Assembly (NCBI RefSeq): GCF_001194135.2
Contig: NC_068982.1
Coordinates: forward strand, 166,339,199-166,403,198
Source of the DNA: Octopus bimaculoides
Taxonomy: Eukaryota
Length of the DNA: 64,000 bases
Direction of reading: 5' to 3'
A program made the position numbers and the translations under genes. Positions 1 to 13,180 of this stretch are shown piece by piece. The notes under the pieces were generated by a model. It saw only the letters and a list, made by a program, of their open reading frames with translations. It was not told the origin of the DNA and made no database searches. Every line of letters starts with the position of its first letter. Position 1 is the stretch's first letter.

Positions 1-2338
1 AAAGATTCGAGAGTTTCAAATCCAGACCCAGCCTGAACACATATAAATAAACATCTCTCAAATATGACATCCGACAAATAATGGAGATCAAACTGTTGAA
101 AATGGAATATTTTATAGAACAAGAAAGGTAAGGATGAGTGCCTGATAATTTGTGTTCAGTTGTTATAGATACTATTTAGCTCCCGGTCAGCTCTTATCTT
201 ACAAAGCTGTACATTTTTTAAGATAATCGCGTGTGATTTGAGAGATTTAGAGACTGTTCTATTAGACTGCATAAAGACTTCGTTTTTTGACGTGTTTGAA
301 TTAGATATAAATATTATCTTCCTGCCTTTACTAACCTCGGTATCTAACATAGATCCAAAGAGATTAATAAATAATGTTTGCTGATTTGTAAGTAACTAAA
401 ACTTAACAGTAGGATACACGGAATACAGAATAATAGTCAGATTGCGTGGTATAATTGATTTCTGTAATCAACGAATTTATGCAGCCACTGTGTGAAAGTT
501 ATAAATGGATATGATTACTATAGCTGATAGGAATCGTGAGAATCAAAGATGTTTATATCTATTTTAAATTTTGCGACTCTTAGTTGAGGGATTGGAGTTT
601 CGTATCCTGTCAGCTATTCTATGAACATTTTAAGGTCAAACACCTTAACTCTCAATAGCCAAGTTCGCCTAGAGTAGCAGAAAAAGATGAGAGTAGGATG
701 GGTTCGAGAGGGTGTTCCAAAAACTCATTGGTTTTTAGATCTTACTACAGCAATCGAAACTTAATACAGAGTAGTGAAAGTATAGATATCTTCATCAGTA
801 ATAATGAACCCGTCCTTGGCCAAATAGTTTCTAACTGAACAGTATAGATTATCAAGTCTTGATTTTGCTTTCGTATCTGACCATCATAGAGATAGTCACA
901 CGAGTGAGGAAAAATTTTGAACATGTTTTAATTGGAAACCTAACAGAATAAGGGAACGTTGTAAACTTCTTCGTTCTCTCCATATACGTTTTCTGTGCTT
1001 GCCACTTGTAATTTTATATTTATTTTTTAAGATCTCTAACAACAATATTTTGACCTATACAATAGATCAGAATTCTTATGCAGATATTGTTCCAGTTGCG
1101 CCAAATAAAATAAAAATTAGAAATTGTTCCAAATATATGTACTATAACTTTATTTCTTTAAAATTCCACATCTCTTTAGAACTTTAGGTCAGTAGAAACA
1201 AGATAGCATAGTCTAAATGTATCAGAGTAAGCTCTTGTTCTCGTTCTTCGGCGTTCTAAGTTCAAATTTTTCCCAAATCGCCTTTTTCATTCCATCTCTT
1301 GATACATCTCAACACTTCCCTAAAGACTTGTGGGTTTATGCCTGTGCAAGAAGTCCTTACTGATGATAATGTTACTGAGTGCTGGACAAAATGCTTTACA
1401 ATAAGACTCGTCAATCATAGGCAACAAATCGAGAGAGTCGTTAGAGTGTTGTATAATTGTCTCACAGTGTGTTTCGTTTCTTTGAACTCTGAGATCAAAT
1501 CCATCCGAGGCCAACTTTACGTTTCACCCTTTCACAGTCAATGAAAAAGAGAAACAGTCCAGAACAAAGCATTGGCGGGACTGTAGGAACGTAGACCAAG
1601 ATTTCTTTGTTCCAGCTCTTTGCGTACTAGGTTCAAATTCCACCATGGCCTACTTGGCTGATAGATTTCATCGTTTGCCGGGTTTAACATCACCACTTGG
1701 TATCTTGGCCTCTGGTTTAAGAATACCTTCCTCCACTCTGCAACTAATCTCGAAAGCCTTATAAAGGGGTATGGACACTGCCTTTCTTTCCTGACTAAGA
1801 GAGGAAAAAGAAATCAGTGAATACCAATAACATAACTCTCATTTCAATTGTATTTCCAAATACAAATCTTTTCTCATATCTCTTTGTGTATGTATATGCA
1901 TGGTTAAATGTTTCTGTGTGTACGTGTGCTAAACTTCTATATGATATGTATTTGTGTGTGTGTGTGTGTAATGTATGCGCTCACGCGTATGCCTGCGTTT
2001 TTATTTTATTGCATATGCAAAAATAAATCATACTCGGTCAATAAAAATTGATGTATTGGAGATGGGAAGAAGAGGAACAAGGGACATGTAAATGTTTAGG
2101 TTCCAATTATCTTGATTTTGGTTAACATCAAACTCCCAGCATGACTTCTTTCGAAATAAACTTTACTCATTAATGCAAGTTTTTGCACTTGTTATCTGAA
2201 AGAGACTTCATGTACAGTGACTTTAATTTATTCAGAACGGGGTTTTAGGAACAATTTACTATATAGTCGACTAGAGAAAATAAACTAGGGACCTAATAAT
2301 TAATAATAGAAACACACTCGCGTACGTACATACATACA

Positions 2339-2381
<43 letters not shown>

Positions 2382-5300
2382 GTCAAAATATATTTGTTGA
2401 TTATGTCCTCGGGGTTTTTTGGTGTTATTCTAATTTAAAATCTATAGAGTGAAGTAGACCAATAAATCCTGAACGTACTTCAATAAATAATACCCCCGGG
2501 AAATGATTCTTTTTTGGAAAATACATTGTCTTAGATTATCAGTTTTTTCCTTTATTTTTCTCTTCTTACACATTACAGTGGTCAACGTTACTGCTATTCC
2601 ATTTCTGGAGAAAGACAGAGAAACGGAATATAATGCACTTAAAAATTTATCCTGTCGTGTTATTTTGTTTTTGTTTGTTTTTTTTTGTGAGCTGGAGATA
2701 ACGCAAAGAATGTTCCAGAAGCCTTGGAAGAATATAAACGAATTTATTAAGTCTTCTGTGAGTTTCGATAGTTAATTCAATATGCTTGCTTATTTGAGAG
2801 AGAGAGAAAGAAAGAATGAAAGTGCTCCAACACCTTCAAACCACAAGATGGCATACAGTGTTTCTCTAAATGATTTCTAACAGAATCACATTACAAAATT
2901 TGAGACATTCTTTGATTATTTGAAGCAAATTCACTCTCATCGTCTGCATTTGTTTCGAGTATTCGAACGAAACTGCTCGAGTCACTTCCCTCTCAGATTT
3001 TAAAGTGCATTTGTTCAGGCTGGATATTTGTTAGCAGCATTGATCTCACACCATTATGGGAAGACCTGGAAAAGTAATCGGCATTACCTTTCTGCTTAAA
3101 TTATTTAGTAAAAGAAGTTTTCTAAATACTGGAACGAGGTTGATGTGGGAACAATTTCCTTTGCTCTGCTTTTACTAAATGTAAACACCCTATCTTTTTT
3201 GTACATTGCGAACTGCATTTCTTCATGTGTATTTCGTTAAGACAACAGGATATGATTAGAGGAAGATCTGGTTACTATTTCTAGCAGATCAACTTACCAT
3301 TTAGCGGCTCTCTCGTAAGCTTATACATCACAAAAACTAAATACCTGAAAGTCTCTTTATATTCTCAATTCAGATCATACCTTTCATCATTCAAAGGTCG
3401 ATAGAATAAAGTACCAATCAAGTATTTGTGTCAATCTAATTGATAATACCCACCATCCCATGAAATTTAATTTTGACCAAATAATTTCTGATCTTATGCC
3501 ATCGTTAGAAATCATATAAGACTCGTGGGCGACAGAATTAATAAAGTATCGTACAAAATAGTCAGCTTTTCAGTTCATCTTTCAAGAGTCAAAAAAAAAT
3601 AAGTTGCAATTATCTTCTGCTCAAGCCGAAATGTATGATCTTTATAAATTATGACAGAGAGTTGGCAGAATCGTTAGAGCAACAAAATGCCTAGCGGTAT
3701 TTCTTCCGATTCATTACGTTCAGAGTTCAAATTCCGCCGGAGTTGACTTTGCCTTTCATCCCTCCGAGATCGATGGTATCGGCTAACCCCACTCCCTTTT
3801 ATATTGTTGGCTATGTGCCTAAATTAATCATCAAAAATAACTAAGACTCTGGATTTGCCTATGCTAGTTGACTAACAACAGTGCCTGCCAACTCCTATCT
3901 ATCAGCACCTTCAAGTATTTTCTTTAACTCGAGTTAAATCCCAAACAATTGAAGGAAGATGCTAACGGCTACACCACTACCCAAACTTATCACTGGTGAG
4001 AAGTTTAAGTATAAAAGGAATGATTTCCGTAACTGATTGATTTCTCTTTCAACAAGTTATTCTTGGGTAACGATTGGCAACTTCTTTTGGTAATGGTCCA
4101 TTATTTCCAGGGGAGGGACCCACATGCTCATCAGATTTTGCATATAAAAATATCTCCGCGTATTCCTGCCCCATTTCCATCACTAGGAATGCTTATGTAA
4201 GCTAAAATTAAACAAATCGTAAAACAAAAGACAATCGAAAATCCACTAACCACTCAATAGCTACAAATTCAGTTTGAAATTTTTTTACGAAAGTTCCGAA
4301 GCCCTCAGAAACCCACTCGCGATCCGCGAACCAAATATTGCTGATTCCAGATCTTGAGCAAAATCAGCCTCGTAGAATTCGAGGTATATGCACATTTACA
4401 GGTGAAGTTGAATTCAACACTGCAAGTTAACTAAAACACTCGTTAGTCTTAATGTTGACACTGTTGCTCATCAAGATAACTGAACACTTATCAGCTTTAC
4501 AGTGCTGCTATTGCTTATAGTGGTGAATTATTCCTAACCTACGGAATCTACGTACGTTTATGCTCATTGGGCTGTTATGAAAATTAAGTGTGACGGTGAC
4601 AGAATACGAACTGGCTGCCTCTTGGCTCGTTATATCGTATCTAATCGTCTTGTCCATCGTTTTCTTTAATACAATGGACTTGATGTCTAAAGTTTGATGA
4701 TGATGATTTTATCGAAAATCTGAGTTTGCTATCAGCAAGCATTTAATGTTGCAGTATAACTACATGTGTACGTGTTAATACCTATGTGTATTCGTACGTA
4801 TGCTTGTGTCTGTTCGTATATATACACGCGTGTGTCCGTGTTCGGTTATGTGCATGTTTTAGTTAGTAAGTATGGATGTAGTTGCTCACATTCGTGTATA
4901 TCCATATACTTGTGCTCATATGTATGTGTGTTTCTGCTTGTATGTATGAATGTGTTTTTGTGTTTCCTCTTGACAAGGAACAATTAATGAAGTGGGTAGG
5001 CGTTTCAGAACTAGATATGGCCAATACAGAGAAAGTAAATTACTCGAAGACAATTTGTCTTTCTTGTTATATTCTATTTCCTAGTTTAATGGGTGTTTTC
5101 TAAGTTTCTACACATTTTAAAAAGAGAGGTTGTGGAGTGCAAAAAAAGTGTTATTACAATTATTATTATGCTAAGAAATCATCCTCTTCATCATCATCAT
5201 TATTATTGTCATGGTTGTATCCAAAAATAACAAAAATGAAATGATACCTAGATTTTTGTACAGATGTTGATTATAATAAAAAATATTTTATTCGTACAAT

Positions 5301-5468
5301 GTATGTATATGTGCGCGCGTGTGTGTAATGAGGTGGGAAAGACGAAGAGAAATCAGCATATATCTATGTATGTTTTTATGTAGGTATTCATACATAATCA
5401 CGTTTTTCAAGAAAGCTCATTTTCTTCTATACATTTACTTATTGGGCAAGCTCTTTTATTTCTGTCAC

Positions 5469-5506
<38 letters not shown>

Positions 5507-6527
5507 AAGCATGCCTACCTATACACACATGCGCGCATACACACACACACACACACACACACACGTACTGTAACTGAAATTAAAATATTTGTTCCACCTA
5601 ACTTTAATTATGAGAAGCCCGTTTAAAAAAATAATGACTATCAAAAACAGGAGTGTGCGTGTATATGTATGTGTGTATGTATGTATATGTGTGTACACAC
5701 ACACTCTAAAATGTTTGGACAAAAACTTCGAAGTTTGGCCAATAGGGGTGGGAGCTTGTTCAAGCAGTAGACTGACAGTCAGTAATGAGGCTACAGTATC
5801 ATATATTATTATTAAGAGGAGAATGGAACTGATCAAAATAGACGTTAAGGCTGAGAAGAACGATGGCAAAAATGATTTGCATGGGGTCAGTACTTTGCTG
5901 GATATATGGGTGGGTAGAGAAGAATAGTATAGTTGTTGGTAAATGCCAAATAGGAGGAAGGAAGGTAGCTATGATGGAGGTTTTTCGAGGTGGGTATTAA
6001 TCCTAGAGGTGCTGGTTACATACACACAGGGGAGACGTTAGAGCAGTATTTATTCCAGTTCCCTATTCAAATCCCGTCAAGGTCAACTTTCGGGCGATAA
6101 AATACAAAATCAGAACAAGTGAATAGATGAAATTCCTTGCGGAATTTGAATCGGCAATATGCGTTCTTAGTTCGCTAATGGTCAACATGCCATCGCCCAG
6201 TTTAACACCACCACCACCTGGTCTTTCTGTGCCTTTAGCAGAATTCACTTTGGTGTAAGCATTTGGATTTGGTGGTCACCGCTTTGAGAATAGTTTCCTG
6301 CTTTCATACTGTCAGTCTCAGCCCTCAACTTCACCAAAAAATGAAAAACATACAGGCTCGGAAACATTGCTCTTTCTTCCACCAAAGCTGTAAGGTGGAT
6401 GGAGGGAGATGGAAAGGGGGAGGCGGAAGTGTACTTATTGGATATAGAGGAAGAAGCAGTACCCATTACCTTCGCAGACCTTCTTAGACCGGTGAGATTG
6501 ATGTCAGTAATGTTCCACTTTAACCTT

Positions 6528-6890
6528 TACTAGCACTATAGCCCGGCTTTGCTCGGGATTAAGTTAGGATTACCTGGGTAATACCATCAATTGAGGCAAA
6601 TTTGGCACCCGGACGTAAGTTTTGTAAGAGGAATAGAGAGGCCTATCTTCTCCCGCAGATATGTGAGAGTCGGATCTCTCCTTTCGAAAACATGAACAGT
6701 TTCGTTTACAAAATAAGGGCTGATCGTTTGCGAAGGATCGTGTCTACAGTCAGCACTTAGGATTTTTGCTCTGGTAACTTCTGCTCTCTCCCATGTTCAC
6801 GCACGACCAGCTATATGTCACTATGACTAGAACAACAGATTCAGCAAATTTGGAAATTAGTTGCGGAGAAACGAAGAATATCGTTTATAT

Positions 6891-6930
<40 letters not shown>

Positions 6931-7902
6931 NNNNNNNNNNNNNNNNNNNNNNNNNNNNNNNNNNNNNNNNNNNNNNNNNNNNNNNNNNNNNNNNNNNNNN
7001 NNNNNNNNNNNNNNNNNNNNNNNNNNNNNNNNNNNNNNNNNNNNNNNNNNNNNNNNNNNNNNNNNNNNNNNNNNNNNNNNNNNNNNNNNNNNNNNNNNNN
7101 NNNNNNNNNNNNNNNNNNNNNNNNNNNNNNNNNNNNNNNNNNNNNNNNNNNNNNNNNNNNNNNNNNNNNNNNNNNNNNNNNNNNNNNNNNNNNNNNNNNN
7201 NNNNNNNNNNNNNNNNNNNNNNNNNNNNNNNNNNNNNNNNNNNNNNNNNNNNNNNNNNNNNNNNNNNNNNNNNNNNNNNNNNNNNNNNNNNNNNNNNNNN
7301 NNNNNNNNNNNNNNNNNNNNNNNNNNNNNNNNNNNNNNNNNNNNNNNNNNNNNNNNNNNNNNNNNNNNNNNNNNNNNNNNNNNNNNNNNNNNNNNNNNNN
7401 NNNNNNNNNNNNNNNNNNNNNNNNNNNNNNNNNNNNNNNNNNNNNNNNNNNNNNNNNNNNNNNNNNNNNNNNNNNNNNNNNNNNNNNNNNNNNNNNNNNN
7501 NNNNNNNNNNNNNNNNNNNNNNNNNNNNNNNNNNNNNNNNNNNNNNNNNNNNNNNNNNNNNNNNNNNNNNNNNNNNNNNNNNNNNNNNNNNNNNNNNNNN
7601 NNNNNNNNNNNNNNNNNNNNNNNNNNNNNNNNNNNNNNNNNNNNNNNNNNNNNNNNNNNNNNNNNNNNNNNNNNNNNNNNNNNNNNNNNNNNNNNNNNNN
7701 NNNNNNNNNNNNNNNNNNNNNNNNNNNNNNNNNNNNNNNNNNNNNNNNNNNNNNNNNNNNNNNNNNNNNNNNNNNNNNNNNNNNNNNNNNNNNNNNNNNN
7801 NNNNNNNNNNNNNNNNNNNNNNNNNNNNNNNNNNNNNNNNNNNNNNNNNNNNNNNNNNNNNNNNNNNNNNNNNNNNNNNNNNNNNNNNNNNNNNNNNNNN
7901 NN

Positions 7903-7941
<39 letters not shown>

Positions 7942-8184
7942 CCTCTCCCTCTTTACACCGTCCCTAGAAGGGGACTTAACTCATGTTTACAAATGCTAGT
8001 GTATTCCTCCGAGTTGAAAATTGTTAGAAGTTATGGTTTCAAATTATTTTTAATGCAAAAATTCACCCTTTAGGAAGCAAAAACTAAAAAATAAATGGCC
8101 GATTCCGGGCATTTTCGACCATGAGGAATCCATTGGTGCGACTCCCAGATTGCTATCTTGTAAGGTGTGGATTTCTATAGATGC

Positions 8185-8222
<38 letters not shown>

Positions 8223-8240
8223 AACTCAGCTTTACAATAT
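6528..8240 (+). mobile_element. Helitron-related remnant (Pif1 helicase C-terminal fragment), spanning gap 6931-7902
   Basis: MFTHDQLYVTMTR...TKNIVY resembles the RepHel VFSHGQLYVALSR...T.NIVY motif, preceded by an NK.G.SFAK remnant. The 5' end tactagcactatagcccggctttgctcggg resembles non-autonomous Helitron starts. Continuity across the gap is inferred. Confidence 0.65.
6931..7902. other. Assembly gap. Others: 13737-14017, 20448-20903, 27640-27739, 29487-29830, 36307-36385, 49973-50321, 63661-63670
   Basis: Runs of N, several flanked by (TA)n/(CT)n/(GT)n microsatellites or repeat copies. Confidence 0.99.
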
Positions 8241-11200
8241 GTACTGATGATACTGACACTGATTATAGCAAAGATAGGTGCAGTGATGGAATTTTAGAGA
8301 TTCAACGTTATGGAAAGGAAAAACAAAACTGAGATTAGTGGTGAGTACATGGTCTGGGTTGTTGAACACAATAAAGGTAATAAAAGGGGCAGAGATGAGT
8401 AGGCTGGGAATTTCTGAATGGGGTAAATTGAGTTCAATTAGCCTCGAAGAGTAGAGGCAACTGTAGTTACAGGAGAAGGATTGCACCTGTAATTCAGAAG
8501 TACGGCGTTGTCACACGCTGATTCTACCTGGGAATTATATTAATAGTACACGTGTCTGTGGAGTGTTCTGTCACTTACATGTTAACTCAATGAGCAGATA
8601 AATCAGTTTATCGAACTTTTGAATCCTCGCTGTCGAAACTAACAGAGAACCATAGATAGAAATCAAATACACTCATCATATACATACATTATTCTCATAT
8701 TTTTAACACGCCTGTGCGTGTATTGAAAGAGAGACAGACAGAGAGAGAGAGAGACAGAGAGAGAGACAGAGAGAGAGAGACAGAGAGAGAGAGAGATGGT
8801 GTCTATATTATATATAGAGAGATAGAAGTGCTTAAGTTTTGCAGCTAATAGGGAGAGTATGTATGGCGCGAAGCAGCTGGATACACAACACTGTTTTTTG
8901 TTGGGGGTTTTTTTCTTTCTATTTAACTAATGTTCAGTAAGTAATATATCGAAACGGCCAAAACAACGTATTTGTTAACTAATTCCAAGCTAAGTTCTAT
9001 GAGGACTTTACATAGAACATAATACGGTCTTTCTTTCGCATCGCATTCTTTCAATCAATGTGACTTGTTTTCTTTGTGGATTTGTTGCTGAGTCACGAAC
9101 TGGCAGGCTGAACTAAATTCAACTTGATGAAGCCAAAAAGAGCGATAACAATATTACCACTAACAACAGCAACATTATCGATAATGATCATTTCATAGCA
9201 TCAGAAAGCTATGGCCGGCGGTGATTTTTAATTTACATATATTTTATATTTTATTTTATTACTTTTCGCAATAATAATGACGATGATGATTTCTACTTTA
9301 CTGCAAGAACACACATTTCGTGAGGAAAGTAATGGAATCGCTTTATCGCCCCCATAATAATCGTTTTATCAACCCTAATACTCGTTTTTTCAACCCCGAA
9401 AGCATGAAATATGTAGTTGTGATTGTTCTTTAGATTTAGGTCAGCCTTGACCGAGTAGACTTAGGTTCAAAGGGATTCCATCCACGACCATCCCGTTTTT
9501 TTTTTCTCGTGTAGAAGAACCCAGATCAACATGTAATTTTTTTTATAAGGCAGGACAGTGTTATTTAAAGAAAATTGAGTTGCTATTTCTTACAGGTCAT
9601 GCGGCTATGTAGAGGTTTCCTCATATTCGAACCTGATGGTGTTTATCTAGTGTTTACTGATTCCAGTTTCACTGCTTTTGTTACAGTGATAGTAACATCA
9701 CAAGTTTAGAGACGTTTGTTGATGCTTAGTGGTTTAAATGGATACCAGACCTAATCTGGTACTTATTTTATCTGCCCCATAAGCAGGAAACAGAAGGGTT
9801 GACATCAGTTGGGTTTGAACGCATGACTACGTAAAGGTAGGTTATAAACAACCGCAAAGTATTTTGTTCGTCGCCCAACAGATTCTGCCATCCTCCAAGA
9901 GGATGATGATGATGATTATGATGATTTCTGACAGACACAAGGTCTAAAATTTCAAGGTCGAATTCGGTCATTTAAGTTGATCCCCAGAACTTGATTGGTA
10001 TTTCATTTCAACTGTCTGGAAGGATGAAAGGCAAACTGACCAAGGCGAGATTAGAACTCGGAACACGAAACTAAATACTGCACAGCATTTTGCACAAAGC
10101 TTTGTTTATTACCACGATGTTTTGAATGTGTTACACAAGTATTGATCATAGTTGCTAATCTCAGAAACTTTTAAAAGACCACTCCGTTACCCCTACCATC
10201 TCTGTTACTTCTAATTTATCTAAGAATGAATAAGAAAATAAATGCAATGGCATTTTTTTTTTCTTTAGTACTGAAATTTTATCTGTTTTTTTCTGTTGAA
10301 CAGCATTTTTGATTCTTTTTTTCTCTTGTTGATGCGAGTTACTGGTCTTCCTGGTAAGGAGAAGGATTATGATGATGGCTCTATTGTTATTGTTGATAAT
10401 GATGATGTATATGTTAGTGGTGGTGGTGGTGGTGGTGGTGGTATCAGTATCTTTGTTGTTAGTGATCTTGTTGCTTCAGACTTTCTGAGGGAGAAAAAAA
10501 GAACTTTAAAAAATCTAAATAAATATATAGATGAAACAACTTTTGCATAAGTTCGTTAGTCTTCATAAAATGCGTGGAGCATGAACTATGGAACATTATA
10601 CCTACTTTAACCTTTCTTTGTGTTTGTTGTTATTGTTGGTGTTGTCAAAAGTTGTCATGAGTCATGTTTCCGTTATTCAGTTTTTTTTTTTGGGGGGGGG
10701 GGTTTAGGGCTGGGTTGTTGAAATGAAAGAAAACAAATAGCTGATATTCTTATTTAGACTTGTGTTCTAAAAATAATAAAATATATATAGAAATTTAGAA
10801 TTAATAAAAAAAGAATAACAATAATGGTTTCTGACAAACGCAAAGCTACAAATAGCAATATGGTTGAGGGGAAATACCTTTGAGGAACGTTCTGCATGCT
10901 AAATACATATACGTTAGAGTATTTCTGTAATATGTAATATGGAGTATTTATGTAATATGCTCTGTGTAATATAATGATTTGAAAAATTTTGATCAACTGA
11001 TATTAGCCTAACAATTAGAATAAAATTCTTTCTACTGGTGTTTAAAATATAAAAACAGGCAAGGAAGATAGCTTTAATAAAGTCATTTGGTTGAGATTTT
11101 TGGAAACTATAGACAATGCAGATTGGAATGGATTTGGGTCAATTGACCCCTTGTTTTCGGATTTTAAACATCCATAGAGAGGATTTTGCCTATTAATTGT

Positions 11201-11756
11201 TTGGGCAATCTAAAGTGACTGGGGCTCTTTTTTTTTTCACTATTCTTCAAGCTGAGCCAACCAGCAGGAGGTCTAAGGGTAGACCAAGAGTGAGATGGGT
11301 GGAAAATATCCGTAATCTCAGGTGGTCAGATGGAGTATATTTCTGCCTCCTTTTACTAATTCACAATACTTTTTGTTTCAAGCCTTTCCCCCTTTTCATC
11401 TGTTTGTATAACTGTCTGTTACACAAGCTGCTTCTCTCAGCTATATCTCTTCTTTGTTTCTCTCTTTCTTTCTCTCTCTCTCTCTCACCTACCTATCTAT
11501 ATATTTCATCCATCTCTCTTTATTATACTTTTTCTCTCTCATCACTCTTAGGCCAGCCAATGTTTTCTCCCTCTAGTGTAACAGCAAAGCGGACACCAAT
11601 TACTCTCCATTTTAAAAAGAGGATTTCTTTGATACGTAAAACATAATTAGCTTAACTCTAAACTAGCTCCTCATACATCAGAAAACCTACGTGCTGTTTC
11701 TGATATCTCTTTTGCAAACACAGACATGCATAAGTTGCAAGTAAATGCTTTATATA

Positions 11757-11957
11757 CGAGGGGTGCTGAAAAGTTCCTGGCTTTAAGGGTGTCGTGAAAG
11801 GCCTTGTTGGAGGCCTAACCTTCCAAGTTCTTTTATAGGGCTTAGGACCGCTGCAATAAGTGTGTGAATCTGAAAGGGGAATATGTTGAATAAAATCATA
11901 ATTGATCCTCCTCTATTTTCTTCTACCCAAGGCCAGGAACTTTTCAACAGCCCCTCA
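11757..11957 (+). mobile_element. Mariner-derived MITE
   Basis: TIRs cgaggggtgctgaaaagttcctggc / gccaggaacttttcaacagcccctc with a 5' TA. Internal remnant of the transposase C-terminus (RCNKCVNLKGEYVE*). Confidence 0.85.
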
Positions 11958-12084
11958 TGTGTGTGTGTGTGTGTTTTCACAGGGTTTCGGGCTAAATTTG
12001 ACAGCTTGCATAAAAAGAAAAGAAAACCATGTCCCATCTAAATTAGAAGTATTTTTTTTAAATTCAACTAGATTAAATAACAGT

Positions 12085-12770
12085 TTACTCAGAGTAGCCG
12101 GCCTCAGTTTCCTCAACAATCTCAAGACGGCCCCGGAGCCTGGTGCATGCGTTCCTCACTGTGTCCCGGGAAAGATCTTCGAACACCTCCTTGATCTTGG
12201 CCACCAGCTTGGCCTTGGTGTTGAAGGCAGAGTGATTGTAGTCTTCTCAACCGCACCCACGCGTAGTAATTCATGGGCTTACAGCCGGGGAAATTAGGAG
12301 GGCAGAAATAGGAGCTGGTGAAATCGTAGAAATTCTCCGACAACCACTTCTGACTCTTTCTGGAGGTAGGGCATGAAGCTGAATCCCGCTGCCACTTATA
12401 TGGCCACCCAGCTGCAACCCTTTCCAACCAGAGTTCGACCATAATCTCCAGCTGCTTCATATAGCCGTCTGAACTGAGCCTAAGGCCTTATCCTGCATTT
12501 GTTGGATGAATTCAAGCGTGCAGATGCAGTCAGAACACCTACTGTGTTCCTTCCTGCTGGTCATGGCTTCATAGTTTCCGTTGCAGCTGTCCGTGTCACG
12601 TCTTACAGCCTTTACAATGTTCACTGAGCATTGAGCAGCAGTTACAATGTCGCCATTTTGATATCCGGCACGAATCGTCATGGCAGCTTCCAGCCGTCCA
12701 GGTCAGCCTACATTTTTTCTCAACTGCAACTCTAATCTTTATGCTCTCCAACGCCGCTGACTGTTCACCA
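12085..12770 (-). mobile_element. Tc1/mariner DD37D (maT)-type transposase pseudogene
   Basis: WLERVAAGWPYKWQRDSA...PPNFPGCKPMNYYAW: 37 residues lie between the second Asp and the third catalytic position, now Asn. Frameshifted N-terminal HTH-like part (MTIRAGYQNGDIVTAAQCSVNIVKAVRR). Confidence 0.8.
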
Positions 12771-12797
12771 ATACATCAAGCTGTTCTTGAAAAAGGA

Positions 12798-13180
12798 GTT
12801 GTTGGCACTCCGTCGCTTACGACGTCGTGGGTTCCAGTTGATCCGATCAACGGAACAGCCTGCTCGTGAAATTAACGTGCAAGTGACTGAGCACTCCACA
12901 GACACGTGTACCCTTAACGTAGTTCTCGGGGATATTCAGCGTGACACAGTGTGACAAGGGTGGCCCTTTGAAATACAGGTACAACAGAAACAGGAAGAAA
13001 GAGTGAGAGAATGTTGTGGTGAAAGAGTACAGCAGGGTTCGCCACCATCCCCTGCCGGAGCCTTGTGGAGCTTTAGGTGTTTTCGCTCAATAAACACTCA
13101 CAATGCCCGGTCTGGGAATCGAAACCGCGATCCTATGACCACGAGTCCGCTGCCCTAATCACTGGGCCATTGCACCTCCA
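12798..13180 (-). mobile_element. tRNA-derived SINE family C, full length
   Basis: A box tggcccagtg(a)ttagg, B box ggtttcgattccc, tail ggagtgccaacaac. Homologous to 57864-58226; partial copy at 8485-8650. Confidence 0.9.

Noticed and set aside
1-1300. Possible decayed viral or other coding relic: a 71-codon stop-free stretch (169-381) and fragments IIDFCNQR, DGFERVFQKL and ISNNEPVL with spacing reminiscent of Mononegavirales L motifs A, B and C
   Set aside because: About 9 stops lie in the 83 codons between the fragments, which is random level for this AT content. The GDN motif is absent and a frameshift is needed. A tBLASTx or HMM hit to L proteins would be required to revive it.
6793-8073. 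Long ORFs of 100-430 aa in the track (also at 13620, 20428, 29433 and 49899)
   Set aside because: They are artefacts of translating through N gaps and microsatellites.
13110-13180. tRNA genes (also 22075-22143, 31335-31412, 57864-57925 and 62936-63008)
   Set aside because: A and B boxes are present, but the acceptor stems do not pair and the sequences continue into repeat bodies, so these are SINE or PLE heads.
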